Source: an uncultured virus (IMG/VR IMGVR_UViG_3300013621_000001) (Duplodnaviria > Heunggongvirae > Uroviricota > Caudoviricetes). From it: a stretch of DNA of 64,000 nucleotides. The translations under genes and the position numbers were made by a program. Location of the stretch: IMG/VR virus record IMGVR_UViG_3300013621_000001; one strand, written 5' to 3'. Positions 11,546 to 21,516 of this stretch are shown here, piece by piece. Under the pieces are notes generated by a model, which worked only from the letters and a program-made list of their open reading frames with translations, was not told where the DNA came from and made no database searches. Positions within the stretch are counted from its first letter, which is position 1, and each line of letters opens with the position of its first letter.

Positions 11546-12279
11546 TCGATGACGTCTCCGGTGGCAAACATGGCGCAGCCGACCAGCAGCGGACCTTCGC
11601 TCAGGTGCAGCGAACGGTAGAAGCGATCGCCGTTGCAGACGTACTCGACAACGCCCCCCACCCGGCGGACCTGCCAGACATCCTCCGCACTGTAGGCTCG
11701 AACTTCGCTGACCCTTGCCCCGGACTCGATCGCACAGACCTGCATCAAGCCGCCGGCGCTCTGGTGGAAGTAGAGCCCATGAAGAATGGCTGCAGGATCC
11801 TCCAGCCTGTCCCGATCGGTGCACAGCCCCACCACAACCCCAACCACCCGACTCATTGTCAGCTTCATAACCAGATCACCATCGAGCTCGGCGTCACTCC
11901 GAGCTCCGGCATCCCACGCGAACACGCTCGCATACTCGAAGCGGCCAGGAACTCGAGGCGATGCAGGCCGTGCCTTCTGCTCCGGATAGCTGGTGCATGT
12001 GATAGGCCCTGGCGGTGCCGTCTGGACGAACACGCTGCGACAAACCTGGTAACGCACGTAGCTGGTGCCACCCGACTGCTCGTAGCCCAGGATCGTCGCG
12101 TTCTGCGGCAACTGCACTGCGCCGTTGTTCGGGACAGCCATCGTCCCTTCGCTGCATGACTGCCGCCAGTAGCCCTTCGCGGGCTCCCCGCCGCAAAACG
12201 TATAGGCCGCACTGTACGGCTGTGCTTCACGCGCAGGCTGCGGGGGAATGAATCTTGCGGTCGGCGGCTTCGACAACAT
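11542..12279 (-). CDS. Putative virion protein, 245 aa, Cys-containing
   Basis: Start MLSKP lies 1 nt after the upstream stop; operon packing. Confidence 0.6.
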   Translation of the reverse strand: MLSKPPTARFIPPQPAREAQPYSAAYTFCGGEPAKGYWRQSCSEGTMAVPNNGAVQLPQNATILGYEQSGGTSYVRYQVCRSVFVQTAPPGPITCTSYPEQKARPASPRVPGRFEYASVFAWDAGARSDAELDGDLVMKLTMSRVVGVVVGLCTDRDRLEDPAAILHGLYFHQSAGGLMQVCAIESGARVSEVRAYSAEDVWQVRRVGGVVEYVCNGDRFYRSLHLSEGPLLVGCAMFATGDVIE

Positions 12280-12280
12280 G

Positions 12281-12751
12281 TCAGCTGGCCTGATCGGCGA
12301 CCACGTTGAAGATGCTGATGCCGGTGCTGTTGGTGCCATTGGCAACGACAGTATCGGAGCTGAAGAGCACGGCCGCATTCGATGCAGGCCCGCCGGCGGT
12401 GCCTTGCAGGCGGATGCCAGTGGTTGCCCCTCTTCCATCATCACCAGCCGCACAGAAGCGATAGAAGGACGGCGAAAGGTTCGGTGCGGCAGCATTGGCG
12501 CCGTCGAAGGCGATCAGGCCTTGCCAGTCTTCCGACGGGTTCTTCGGCAGAACGTTCCCCACTGGAGCCGCAAAGGTCAGCCCTTGGCCCGCGACCTCAA
12601 GCTTGGCGACCTGAGTATGTGCGGCGGCCATGTCCAGGGCAGTGTCGGCCGTTGCCGGTACCGGCCCGGCGTAGATGTAGATGAAACCACCATCGAGGGC
12701 GCTTTTGACTTGCTGCAGCAGCGCCTGAGCAAGGGGAATTGAGATCGTCAT
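12281..12751 (-). CDS. Putative virion protein, 156 aa (paralog of next gene)
   Basis: IYIYAGPVPATAD motif; AGGA RBS. Confidence 0.65.
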   Translation of the reverse strand: MTISIPLAQALLQQVKSALDGGFIYIYAGPVPATADTALDMAAAHTQVAKLEVAGQGLTFAAPVGNVLPKNPSEDWQGLIAFDGANAAAPNLSPSFYRFCAAGDDGRGATTGIRLQGTAGGPASNAAVLFSSDTVVANGTNSTGISIFNVVADQAS

Positions 12752-12767
12752 GGTTCGTGGTCCTGGT

Positions 12768-13241
12768 TCAGAGGGGGGGAATCGCGTACCACCAGTCACC
12801 CAGTTCGATGCTGGTGTCGGGGGTCACAGCAAGGGTCGGAAGCCGCATCTGGAAGTCGCCAGCGGACCCGTCATCCAGTCCGATTGCTCCGTCGATGCGC
12901 GGGGCGGTGAAAGAGATCTGCCCGAGGTCAGGCTCGTTGCCCACAAGCCGGAACCACCCGGCCAGGCCGTTCGCGACGCCTCGCAAAAGCCAGCGTTCCA
13001 CTGGATCCTTGTAGACATAGCGACCGTTGCGGACGAAATGCAGGCCGTTGGCCGTCCCGCCCGCCTGCCACGGCCCGCCATCGCGAGTAATGCGCGCCAG
13101 GAGCTGTCCCGTAGGCGGCAGGTCTGCACGCGCAGGCTGGATCCCCGAGCGAATCTCGATGCAGCCGTTCCGGAAGATCCCGTCGAACGAGGTGGGCCCG
13201 AGCAGCAGCGTTTCGAACCCGGTGGAAGTGATGACCGCCAT
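12768..13241 (-). CDS. Putative virion protein, 157 aa
   Basis: IEIRSGIQPARAD motif, similar to the neighbour; GGAG RBS. Confidence 0.65.
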   Translation of the reverse strand: MAVITSTGFETLLLGPTSFDGIFRNGCIEIRSGIQPARADLPPTGQLLARITRDGGPWQAGGTANGLHFVRNGRYVYKDPVERWLLRGVANGLAGWFRLVGNEPDLGQISFTAPRIDGAIGLDDGSAGDFQMRLPTLAVTPDTSIELGDWWYAIPPL

Positions 13242-13249
13242 TGAGGCTC

Positions 13250-15151
13250 CTATATGGGTTTGGGTAGCGACGTCAGCGGGTAGAAGCGACGGTCATCGGC
13301 AATCACGCCGGTGACCGCGCCGAGCTCGTAGCCCGTCAGGTAGTTGAGCGTCCCGGTGTAGGGCCCGGGGATCGACACGCAGTAGCGGCCCTTGCAGTAG
13401 TTCCAGCCCCCGCTCCAATCGAAGCCAAGGAAATCGGTCACGCCTTGGCGTTGGACCATGGCTGTTCTGAGGCTTGCGGCGGCCGAGAAGAAGACCAGGC
13501 CCTCGCGCGGGTGTTTGCGCCAGATCACGCCGTGCTGGGTACCGTCGCGCGGCCCCCATCCAGAGCCCGACGCGCCGGTCCAGTAGTTCCCGAAAACGAG
13601 ACCGTCAACGACGCCGCCAGGGGCCCGGGTGTCGAGCCCGAGGAAAGGGGCTGGCAGGCCACTGGCCGGGTCCCAGTCCACGGCCTCGATCTCGCCGTAC
13701 ACCAATCGCCCGCCCATGTACGCGAATGGCTGAATGCTGTGGACACCATTCACGCCCTGGATCCGCCAACCGGAGAACAGGTTGTGGCGAAGATCCATGT
13801 ACGCCAGGAGGTGATAGTCCTGGCGATCGTTGCCGACGGAGAAATCCCTGTCGATCAATGGCAGTTCACCGCCATCAAACTCCAACACGACGAGCACTCG
13901 AAGGGTCCCGCGGTACCCTGTCGCCTCGGTGGCGACCTGCCCCTGGCTCAGCCGCAGCGCGAGGAAGGCATCCCTTCGCTCAGAACCGGCATAGTCGGAA
14001 GCCACCAGGCCACGAGTCGGCGCGACCAGCGCGAAGGCTCCAAGGGCGTTGGTGTAGTCGCCGATCAGGTAGTCGGCCCGGCTCAGTCTATGGTCGATAC
14101 CGACGCCGGAGATTTCCACCTCCTGCGTCATCGTATTGACCAGGCCGAACACCGTGGTCGGTTCACTGCTCACCGTGCGAATTGCCTTGGTCCCATCAGC
14201 ATTGAAGAACCAGGGCAGCGCAGCGTCGTTGAAACCGTTCGCGGACGATTCGTCCTGTGGATTGATCCTGCCCGGTGTCATTCCAAGGAGGCGGTGGCTG
14301 CCCTGCACCACTTCCCAATCACCCTTTTCGGGCGTTCCCTCGCTCCGAGTGACCCTGAACACCACGAACGCCGATTGAGCTGTGGTCGGTTGGTTGATCA
14401 CATAGTGGGTGAACGTCACCACCAGCTCATGATGTCCATCCGCCCCCCTGCGAAGGCAACCGGACGTCAGCCGCCAGGACAGATAGTCCGGAGGTGTATC
14501 GACCATCGCATCCCGATAGGCAATGCGATCGAACAGGATCTGGCCCTGCTGGAAGATCCAGCGCGCGCCGTCGTCGATCAGGGTCAGGTCGCGGAGGTAC
14601 CGGACGCCATACCCATAGAAGGACAGAGCCAGATCCCGACCGTCCTTCCAGTCGACGTTGCCGAAGAAGTGGAGACCGGCGGGATAGCGGTCTGGCTGGT
14701 TGTAGCTCTCGTAGCGAGCCCCGGTGATGTCGTCGACAACGTCCCAGCGTTGCCAGTAGCGCGTGATCAGGCGTCGGCCGCTGAACTCGAGCCAGGCCGT
14801 CGGGTTCTCACCGGTGGGGTCCACCTGTGAGCCGCGGTCGGCCGGATCACCCGTGTGCACGTTCCAGCGAGGCCACAGGATGAAGCCGCCCATGGGTTCG
14901 AGTGGGTCGAGCGGCGGTTCCGGCTCCGGCGTGATGATCGTCAACCGCGTCAGTTCACCGATCTTCTCGGCCACGATAAGGGTTCCGTCATCCGCTTCCT
15001 GCCTTGCACTGGCGATCCCCAGCCCATTGCGAGCGGCCTCCTGCGTTACGAATCCCAGTAGCTTCCTTCCCGCCGGCACATGCAGCGAGGCGGCCGCCCG
15101 ATCGCCAACCACCACGATCGGCGTCCAGCCGGTATGCCGCCCGCCGCTCAT
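13250..15151 (-). CDS. Putative tail protein, 633 aa
   Basis: Long beta-rich ORF with TAATG coupling to the upstream gene. Confidence 0.65.
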   Translation of the reverse strand: MSGGRHTGWTPIVVVGDRAAASLHVPAGRKLLGFVTQEAARNGLGIASARQEADDGTLIVAEKIGELTRLTIITPEPEPPLDPLEPMGGFILWPRWNVHTGDPADRGSQVDPTGENPTAWLEFSGRRLITRYWQRWDVVDDITGARYESYNQPDRYPAGLHFFGNVDWKDGRDLALSFYGYGVRYLRDLTLIDDGARWIFQQGQILFDRIAYRDAMVDTPPDYLSWRLTSGCLRRGADGHHELVVTFTHYVINQPTTAQSAFVVFRVTRSEGTPEKGDWEVVQGSHRLLGMTPGRINPQDESSANGFNDAALPWFFNADGTKAIRTVSSEPTTVFGLVNTMTQEVEISGVGIDHRLSRADYLIGDYTNALGAFALVAPTRGLVASDYAGSERRDAFLALRLSQGQVATEATGYRGTLRVLVVLEFDGGELPLIDRDFSVGNDRQDYHLLAYMDLRHNLFSGWRIQGVNGVHSIQPFAYMGGRLVYGEIEAVDWDPASGLPAPFLGLDTRAPGGVVDGLVFGNYWTGASGSGWGPRDGTQHGVIWRKHPREGLVFFSAAASLRTAMVQRQGVTDFLGFDWSGGWNYCKGRYCVSIPGPYTGTLNYLTGYELGAVTGVIADDRRFYPLTSLPKPI

Positions 15152-15783
15152 TACGAGACGTCACCCCCATCCTTGGCAGAGAGCACGTACTCGATCGCCA
15201 ACTTGTCGCCGGCGAGCTGGTTGGTGCGCGGGGTCGCGAACCGGGTCGCTGCAATCAGGATGTTCGCGGATGCGCCCTTTGCCGATCCGGTCAGCAGCCC
15301 GATGCCGTACAGGTTGTAGGGACCGCCTGCGGAATAGGTCAATGTCGCTGCAGCCAGTGCAGCCGTGTTGCCGATGGCTTCAGCCGTAGACGGCGTGGTG
15401 GTCCAGGGCAGTCGGGTCGCCGGGGCGTAGGCCGTGAATTCGGAGGCAACGTCCTTGAACGTGCTGCCCTTCCAGTCGGCTGCAGGGGTGACATTCCCCG
15501 TGAAGGGGGCCAGGTAGAAAGCGGTCTGCTGACTGCCACCACCCATTCCGGCGTTCAGCAGATAGTTCAGGCCTTCGTTGACCAGACGGTTCGGGTCGAC
15601 CTGCCACGGGCCGAGCTCGCCACCAGCAGGCGCGTGCGCGTGCCGGAAGATGCCGCCGATGCTGACGCGCGCAGCGGGAATGTAGATACCCGATTCGCAC
15701 CGTTCGTATTTGTGCTGGCGGATCGCGCGAATAGCATCGCGCCCCACCGCGCCCAGGGACTGCAGGGCCTTCATGACGTTCAT
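15151..15783 (-). CDS. Putative virion protein, 210 aa
   Basis: AAGGAG RBS; N-L-V-N-E-G-L-N motif of phage structural proteins. Confidence 0.65.
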   Translation of the reverse strand: MNVMKALQSLGAVGRDAIRAIRQHKYERCESGIYIPAARVSIGGIFRHAHAPAGGELGPWQVDPNRLVNEGLNYLLNAGMGGGSQQTAFYLAPFTGNVTPAADWKGSTFKDVASEFTAYAPATRLPWTTTPSTAEAIGNTAALAAATLTYSAGGPYNLYGIGLLTGSAKGASANILIAATRFATPRTNQLAGDKLAIEYVLSAKDGGDVS

Positions 15784-15802
15784 CGATTTGCTCCTTCGGT
15801 GG

Positions 15803-15976
15803 TTACCATTTGCCCGCGGGGCAGGAGGCCCCTTGGAATCGGGTCTTGCTTGCCAGGGGGCAGCTGCAGAGGCTGCAGCGCAGGAAGAGGCGACGTCCTA
15901 CACGCTCGGCGTTCGGACAGGCGCGGCAGATCTCCAGGCGACGCTTCACGTCGTCCGGTTTGGCCAACAGAGTCAT
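15803..15976 (-). CDS. Small Cys-rich (zinc-binding-like) protein, 57 aa, below the ORF-track cut-off
   Basis: Manual translation MTLLAKPDDVKRRLEICRACPNAERVGRRLFLRCSLCSCPLASKTRFQGASCPAGKW*; fills the intergenic gap. Confidence 0.75.
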   Translation of the reverse strand: MTLLAKPDDVKRRLEICRACPNAERVGRRLFLRCSLCSCPLASKTRFQGASCPAGKW

Positions 15977-15979
15977 GGG

Positions 15980-17293
15980 TCAGGGATCCCGGTGAATGAC
16001 GTGGGCGACGGCCCGATCGGTCACGGCCAGCGACTGGCCTTGCGGTGCCCGCAGCGCGGCAACCAGCTGGCTGAGTCCGTCCTGCTGACGCAGCAGCACT
16101 GCGGCATGGTCTGCGTCATCGATGACCGCCTCCCCCTTCTTCAGCACCTGAACCTGACCGCCAGGCAGACCGATGCAGAAATAGCCGTCACGCGCGAGCC
16201 AGATCAGCACGGGGGCTGCGGACTGCAGACCGATCACGTCGCCGTTGACGACCACGGCCGATCCGGGAACCGCGCCGCTGCCGCGCGCCACCGTCTGACT
16301 GAAGTCCTTGGGATCGGCGCCGGCGTACCAGTAAGTACGCGCGCCGGCGGCGACGTAGAGGCCCGCTCCATCGGGAGACCCATCGCCAATAGGCTCCATC
16401 AAGTCGATCGGAGCATTGAACCGCATGCGGTTGGCCGATGGTCGGAACAAGCCGTAGCGCAGTGCTTCCGACCACAGGACTTCTTGACCGGATGCGACGA
16501 ACTGCCGGCCGTGCCCACCGCGCACGATGTGGCCTGCCGGTAGGGGCCGCAGGAACTGAGTAGTGAGCGCCCTGCCCTCACCGGGCGACAGCACCGGTGC
16601 CGACCGGGTACCGGCCGGAAGAATGGCGTACTGCCGCATCACCTGGTCGTTCGGACCGGAGATGTAGATCGCAGCCGACACCGTACCCGGTGCCAACGGT
16701 AGCGGTATGTCAGTCAGCTCCAGGCCGCCGCCTTCGGCAACGTCGATCGCCGCGGCCAGCGTGCTGCCGGACTCGCGGCCGAGCCGGTCCAAGAACGTCA
16801 CCGCGACCTGGTACTGCCCTGGTGCGAGGGCACTGCCGGCCGCCGGCACGAGGACGGGCTGTCCCGCTGGGTGCTCAGGCGCCCAGGAATGCCCCTGCAG
16901 GTCGATGTCCAGGAATCCACTTGCCGTGCTGTTGCTGAAGAAGACGCGGTCGCCGATCAGTGCATAGCTCAAGGGGGCCAAACCCACCTCGATGCCCAGC
17001 GGCTCTACACGCTCGTCCTCGTGAAGAGCATGAAGCTGGCCACCGTCGACGAAGAGCCCGTACTGCAGCAGCTCGTGGCCCCACAGCGAGTGAGTCAGCG
17101 CCCCGGGGTGGAAGCGCTGATGCCCGCGCCGGCGCTGCGGCCGGCCTGCGGCGTCCAGGTCGACATTGTCCGCCTCACGTAGTGCGCGCGGGATCCCGTC
17201 GTCATCGGTCGGCAGCGCCCCCTCTCCGGCCACGTTGTTGATGCCCAGTGGCCACGGGCCACCAGGGCGGAGATCTTCATCGCGAACGGGCAT
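15980..17293 (-). CDS. Putative tail/nozzle protein, 437 aa
   Basis: GINN...LREADNVD N-terminus; follows the adaptor-like gene. Confidence 0.6.
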   Translation of the reverse strand: MPVRDEDLRPGGPWPLGINNVAGEGALPTDDDGIPRALREADNVDLDAAGRPQRRRGHQRFHPGALTHSLWGHELLQYGLFVDGGQLHALHEDERVEPLGIEVGLAPLSYALIGDRVFFSNSTASGFLDIDLQGHSWAPEHPAGQPVLVPAAGSALAPGQYQVAVTFLDRLGRESGSTLAAAIDVAEGGGLELTDIPLPLAPGTVSAAIYISGPNDQVMRQYAILPAGTRSAPVLSPGEGRALTTQFLRPLPAGHIVRGGHGRQFVASGQEVLWSEALRYGLFRPSANRMRFNAPIDLMEPIGDGSPDGAGLYVAAGARTYWYAGADPKDFSQTVARGSGAVPGSAVVVNGDVIGLQSAAPVLIWLARDGYFCIGLPGGQVQVLKKGEAVIDDADHAAVLLRQQDGLSQLVAALRAPQGQSLAVTDRAVAHVIHRDP

Positions 17294-17294
17294 G

Positions 17295-17975
17295 TCAGAA
17301 CCACATGGGTTGGGTGCCGGTGGTCGGGTCGATCGACAGCTGCTGCAGCGCGCGCGCGGTGGGCCGCTCACCGAAGTAGCTCTCGAACAGTGCGAGGTGG
17401 CGATCGGCGTCCGCAGTGCTCCGCTGCTCGGAATCCCGCTTGTTCAGGGCCCGCCAGCAGGCCCAGTGCACCAGCTTCCGGTGGTGGATGGCATCGATCA
17501 CCGGCTCGTCCTCGCTGTCTTCCATCGCCTCTGCAGCCTCCGGCACACGCCAGAGGGTGAGCTGCAACACGTCCGACTCCGCCGGTACCGGGCTGACAGA
17601 TACCTCACGGGCCTGCCGATCGCGCACCAGGTACTCCGGGCGCCCTGCCTCGGTGCGCCAGTGGCAGTGCCGTCCGTCGAGAGCGGTGCTGGTTGTCCTG
17701 CAGAGCGGGTCGGACAGATTACTGGCCAGCACCGCGCGCCGGACCACGTACACGGTCGGATGAAGCATGTAGTCAGCCCGACCGGGCTCAAGGTTGATGT
17801 GGCAAATATCGGGGCGGCCGCTCTCCACGAGCAGCCGCGCCCGAATGCACGCCTCTTCCACAGCCTCGTTGAGATGGCGGGTCAGCGCGGCGTCACTCCA
17901 CAGGTAGGGGGCCACGTCGTCGTCGAGCTCTTCCCGGCATTCCTCGATCAACTGGCTGAGGGTGCGCGCCTCCAC
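17295..17975 (-). CDS. Putative head-tail adaptor protein, 226 aa
   Basis: LDD...YLWSD...LNEA and H..LV.WA..RA..K.D motifs; GTG start. Confidence 0.65.
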   Translation of the reverse strand: MEARTLSQLIEECREELDDDVAPYLWSDAALTRHLNEAVEEACIRARLLVESGRPDICHINLEPGRADYMLHPTVYVVRRAVLASNLSDPLCRTTSTALDGRHCHWRTEAGRPEYLVRDRQAREVSVSPVPAESDVLQLTLWRVPEAAEAMEDSEDEPVIDAIHHRKLVHWACWRALNKRDSEQRSTADADRHLALFESYFGERPTARALQQLSIDPTTGTQPMWF

Positions 17976-17976
17976 G

Positions 17977-18552
17977 TCAGGCTTCCTCGAGCGCCTGGCT
18001 CAGCACCTTCAGGGTGGTGCCGCGCTGGTCGGGCTCCGGCTTGGCCAGCTCCAGATCGAGGGCGGCCTTGATCACGACCTTTGCGATGCCGCCCTTGGCC
18101 AACTCGGCCTTCAGCTTCTGCCAGCTCAGGCCGTTCAGTTGGGCTGCTGCTTCGACGATCTCCGGCGGCAGCGTAGCTGCGACGCTGGCGCCTGCAGGCG
18201 GCTCGTGGGCGCCGGTGTCGGTACCGGCGCTGGTATCGGTGCTGGTGCTGGTGGTGGTCGTGGTGTCCGAGGCTCCGGCGTCGGCACCGGTGCTGCTGCC
18301 CGGCGGCGGTGCATCCTGCCCGGTAGCAAGGCCTGCCGGCGGCGCAGGCTTGGCGATGGTCAGCAGGCTCTGAGCCCTGGCGATGTAGTAGGCCTCGGGA
18401 ATACCCAGCAGCCTCTGGATGTGGTCGGAGTTTTCCACGTCGGCGACGTGCTCCGAATCGGCATTGGCCGGGTCGATCGGCACGAAGAAGTAGACAGTGC
18501 CGTCCAGCTCAACGGGCGCTTTGGGGCGCTTGAACTTGCATGCAATCAGCAT
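17977..18552 (-). CDS. Hypothetical head-region protein, 191 aa
   Basis: CAGGAG RBS; low-complexity Thr-rich linker. Confidence 0.65.
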   Translation of the reverse strand: MLIACKFKRPKAPVELDGTVYFFVPIDPANADSEHVADVENSDHIQRLLGIPEAYYIARAQSLLTIAKPAPPAGLATGQDAPPPGSSTGADAGASDTTTTTSTSTDTSAGTDTGAHEPPAGASVAATLPPEIVEAAAQLNGLSWQKLKAELAKGGIAKVVIKAALDLELAKPEPDQRGTTLKVLSQALEEA

Positions 18553-18568
18553 GGGATGCTCCTGGTAG

Positions 18569-18592
18569 GCGGGGCTGCAGCTGCAGCCCCGC
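18569..18592. terminator. GC-rich palindromic hairpin (possible terminator or mRNA stabiliser)
   Basis: GCGGGGCTGCA-GC-TGCAGCCCCGC, intergenic; no clear U-tract. Confidence 0.35.
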
Positions 18593-18606
18593 TACGGTTG
18601 GGTGGC

Positions 18607-19053
18607 TCAGGCCGGGAACGCGGCCAGGCGCAGGATCAGCTCGCCCTGCTGGGCGCCCGGGGCGGTGTTGAGCTTCACGTAAACCGGACGATTCACCGGC
18701 TTGGAGCCCAGGGCCTCCGCGACCAGGTGCAGGGACACCGGAATGAACGCAGCGGTGTCCGCCACCACTGCGGTCGGAGCAATGACGGTGTTGCCAGCCG
18801 CCGAGGCGCCGTCGATCGCGTCCGGGATGAAGACGGTGACGTTCTGCGCAGCCAACTTGCCGGTGGCGTCCAGCTTGGCGAACAGGCCCGAGGCCTGGCT
18901 GTGCAGCTTGTGATTGGCCGGCAGCTCGCCGATCAGGACCAGATCGCCATCCGCCCCGGCCTCGACCGGCCAGCTGTAGTCGTTGACCACCAGCAGGCCG
19001 GCGGCCGGCGACGATGCGCCGCTGTTGCGGCCAATTGCGAGTTTCGTGGACAT
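18607..19053 (-). CDS. Putative capsid decoration/auxiliary protein, 148 aa
   Basis: Directly downstream of the major capsid gene; CAGGAG RBS. Confidence 0.6.
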   Translation of the reverse strand: MSTKLAIGRNSGASSPAAGLLVVNDYSWPVEAGADGDLVLIGELPANHKLHSQASGLFAKLDATGKLAAQNVTVFIPDAIDGASAAGNTVIAPTAVVADTAAFIPVSLHLVAEALGSKPVNRPVYVKLNTAPGAQQGELILRLAAFPA

Positions 19054-19088
19054 GGATTTCTCCTGTTAAGAACTTGGTTTCTGAACGC

Positions 19089-19114
19089 AAGAGCCCCGGC
19101 ATGCCGGGGCTCTT
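19089..19114 (-). terminator. Hairpin/terminator after the major capsid gene
   Basis: Perfect 26-bp palindrome AAGAGCCCCGGCATGCCGGGGCTCTT. Confidence 0.6.
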
Positions 19115-19124
19115 GGTTTGCGGC

Positions 19125-20234
19125 TTACTGCGGGTTCGGATCGGCCGCGGCGGTATCCAGGGCGATCGTGCCGAAGTCCTTGCCGTTGAAGCGCGTCTTC
19201 TTGATGCCGAAGATCGCACCGGCGCAGATCTCGATGTCGTTGCCGTGGTCGAGCGGAACTTCGGACCAGTCGAAGCGCAGGCCGTTGCCCGGCGAACCGA
19301 AGGCCAGCACCAGGGCCTGACGGCCCAGATACAGCGCACGAGCCGCCGCAACGTTGCCGCCAGCACCGTAGTCCCCGAAGCGCACCACGGACTTGTGCTT
19401 GTGCAGGATCGTGTTGCCGATCATGCCCAGGTTGTCCTTGAAGATCGGGTTGCTGGCACCTTCGGCGGCGGCTGCCGCCTTCTGGATGTCCAGCCAGTTG
19501 CCCGGATCCGTGGAGGTCTTCAGGTCATGTGCCTGGAACGGGTGCATGACGGTGACGAAGTGCTCGCCGCCGGCGATGGTGATCGGCTGGATCTCGGCCA
19601 CCTGGGTCGAACCACCGCCCTGCGAAGCGGCCTTGGTGTTGGCGCGCTCGATCAGAACACGGCTCATCTTGCCGGCCGAGGTGAGCGATGCCTTGCTGGC
19701 GCCGTCGCCGAACAGGATGTGCGAGCTGTCCGGTGTTTCGAACGGGTTGCCAGCACGACCGGTGTAGTTCAGCGGGACGTTGTAGTCCTCGTTGATGCCG
19801 CGGGCACCCGAGCCGTACATGAAGAACAGCTCGTCGTAGAAGCGCGCCCAGAACTCGGTCAGCCGGTTGCGGCCGACCTTGCGCAGGTCGTGGACGGTGC
19901 GCTTGCGGCTCATGCGGCCGCCGCAGCTGACCGGCTTACGGGCCTGGTCGATGAAGACCTTGTCGGTGAAGAAGTCGAGCTTCTCGCCCTTGCCTTCGGC
20001 CTTCTGGTCGCCTTCGATGACGCCACCGGACAGCTGCACGGACAGGTCGTAGCTGATGGTGTCGCCCGCTTCCTGCTCCAGGTCGGTCTGCAGCATGACC
20101 GGCATCGAGGTCTCCGACCCCTTGCCCATCATCTTGCGCGTCCAGTAGGACTGTTTGGATACCGAAACCATGAGGTCCGCAGACCACAGCTTCCGGGCCT
20201 TGGGGTCGTTCAGACCCACGATCGTCTGTGCCAT
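19125..20234 (-). CDS. Major capsid protein, N4-gp56/DUF4043-like, 369 aa
   Basis: DLEQEAGDTISYDLSVQL, IDQARKPV, MSRKRTVHDLR and DFGTIALDT motifs. Confidence 0.88.
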   Translation of the reverse strand: MAQTIVGLNDPKARKLWSADLMVSVSKQSYWTRKMMGKGSETSMPVMLQTDLEQEAGDTISYDLSVQLSGGVIEGDQKAEGKGEKLDFFTDKVFIDQARKPVSCGGRMSRKRTVHDLRKVGRNRLTEFWARFYDELFFMYGSGARGINEDYNVPLNYTGRAGNPFETPDSSHILFGDGASKASLTSAGKMSRVLIERANTKAASQGGGSTQVAEIQPITIAGGEHFVTVMHPFQAHDLKTSTDPGNWLDIQKAAAAAEGASNPIFKDNLGMIGNTILHKHKSVVRFGDYGAGGNVAAARALYLGRQALVLAFGSPGNGLRFDWSEVPLDHGNDIEICAGAIFGIKKTRFNGKDFGTIALDTAAADPNPQ

Positions 20235-20311
20235 GTTGCTTCTCCAGGGAGATCACGGCACTTCTGCGCCTCTGTCGTTGACCCGCACTACTGCGCAGGT
20301 TTTGAGGATGT

Positions 20312-20527
20312 TCAGCCCACTGCGGGCGTTGGCCGGCGCGCCACTCGCTGTAGCGCACCGCCCGTGGGTTGCTGCTCACCGGCTCGGGTGATCGTCACCG
20401 GGGTGTTGGATTCGATGATCACACGGGAGCGCTTGCCGCTCTTCTCGGTGAACGTAATCGACGCGCCCGAGCCCGACGGGATCAGGACCACGTCGCCCGG
20501 CTCCAGGGTGGTGTGCAGCTTGGGCAT
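20312..20527 (-). CDS. Hypothetical protein, 71 aa
   Basis: Lies between scaffold and capsid genes on the same strand. Confidence 0.6.
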   Translation of the reverse strand: MPKLHTTLEPGDVVLIPSGSGASITFTEKSGKRSRVIIESNTPVTITRAGEQQPTGGALQRVARRPTPAVG

Positions 20528-20532
20528 GGGGC

Positions 20533-21516
20533 TCAGTTGTCCGCCACGAAGGAACCCGGCACGTCGCGCAGAATGCGATCGCGCTCGCTCTCCGACTTGC
20601 CGGCCAGGAACGACTCGATGTCCTCGATGTTGTCCATGCCGGCGGCAGCGTCAGCGGTCGATCGGGAGGTCGGGTCAGCTGCAGCCGGTACCGTGCTCAG
20701 TGTGGCCGGCACATCGCCCAGCGGCGCGCTGCGGTCCGGCTTCGCCGGGGGCGACGCCACGGGGGGCGCGGTTGCCGAAGCCGATGCCTGCAGCAGGCCT
20801 TCGGTGACCAGCAGATCGCGCGCGCCGGACAGGATGTCCCAGTCGGTGAGCTGGCGCCCAGCAACAGCGGCATCGTTCACCACCGCCTGCATCGCCTGCT
20901 CCCACGCAGCGAAGCGCATCGGGCTTGCGGCGATCGCGGCATTCTCTGGGCGGGAGAGGAACTGGCGCTGCAGGTATGCCCAGGACTGGTCGGCATTCTG
21001 CTGGCTGAGCTGCTGCTGCAGGGCGGCGATGTCTTGGGCGCGCTCGACGCGGCTGCGCTCGTCGCGCAGATCCTCGTACTGCTGCTCGTATGCCTCGTCC
21101 TCAACATCGCCGGCCTTGTACTTCTCCTTCAGGGCCTGCAGCTTGCCGTTGATATCCCCGATCTCCTTGCCGTAGTCACGTTCGTCGGCAGCATAGGTTG
21201 GAACGAAAGGCGTTGCCGGCGGCGGTTCGGTGGCTGCCGCCGGCGCGGCATCTGCACCCGCGGGAGGGGCTTCCGGCTGGGTCGCGGCGGCCGCGGGTGC
21301 GGCAGCCGCGGCAGCCCCAGCGGGCGCTGGCGCGCCGGTAGCTGCCGGCGCCGCAGCGGCGGCGGTGGCGGCCGGGGCATCTGCGGTACCAGCTGCCGGG
21401 GTGGCGTCCCCAGGGGCGGCGCCGTCGGCGCTGGCCAGCGCCGCGCGCTCACCCTCGGTCATTTCCAGTTCGTTCGCGGCCAGCGACTGCTGGCCCGCGT
21501 TGTCAGGCTGCTGCAT
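20533..21516 (-). CDS. Putative scaffolding protein, 327 aa
   Basis: Acidic, Ala/Pro-rich coiled coil between portal and capsid genes. Confidence 0.65.
   Translation of the reverse strand: MQQPDNAGQQSLAANELEMTEGERAALASADGAAPGDATPAAGTADAPAATAAAAAPAATGAPAPAGAAAAAAPAAAATQPEAPPAGADAAPAAATEPPPATPFVPTYAADERDYGKEIGDINGKLQALKEKYKAGDVEDEAYEQQYEDLRDERSRVERAQDIAALQQQLSQQNADQSWAYLQRQFLSRPENAAIAASPMRFAAWEQAMQAVVNDAAVAGRQLTDWDILSGARDLLVTEGLLQASASATAPPVASPPAKPDRSAPLGDVPATLSTVPAAADPTSRSTADAAAGMDNIEDIESFLAGKSESERDRILRDVPGSFVADN

Noticed and set aside
18565..18595. Host REP element (GTAG...CTAC)
   Set aside because: Single copy inside a phage operon; a simple hairpin explains it
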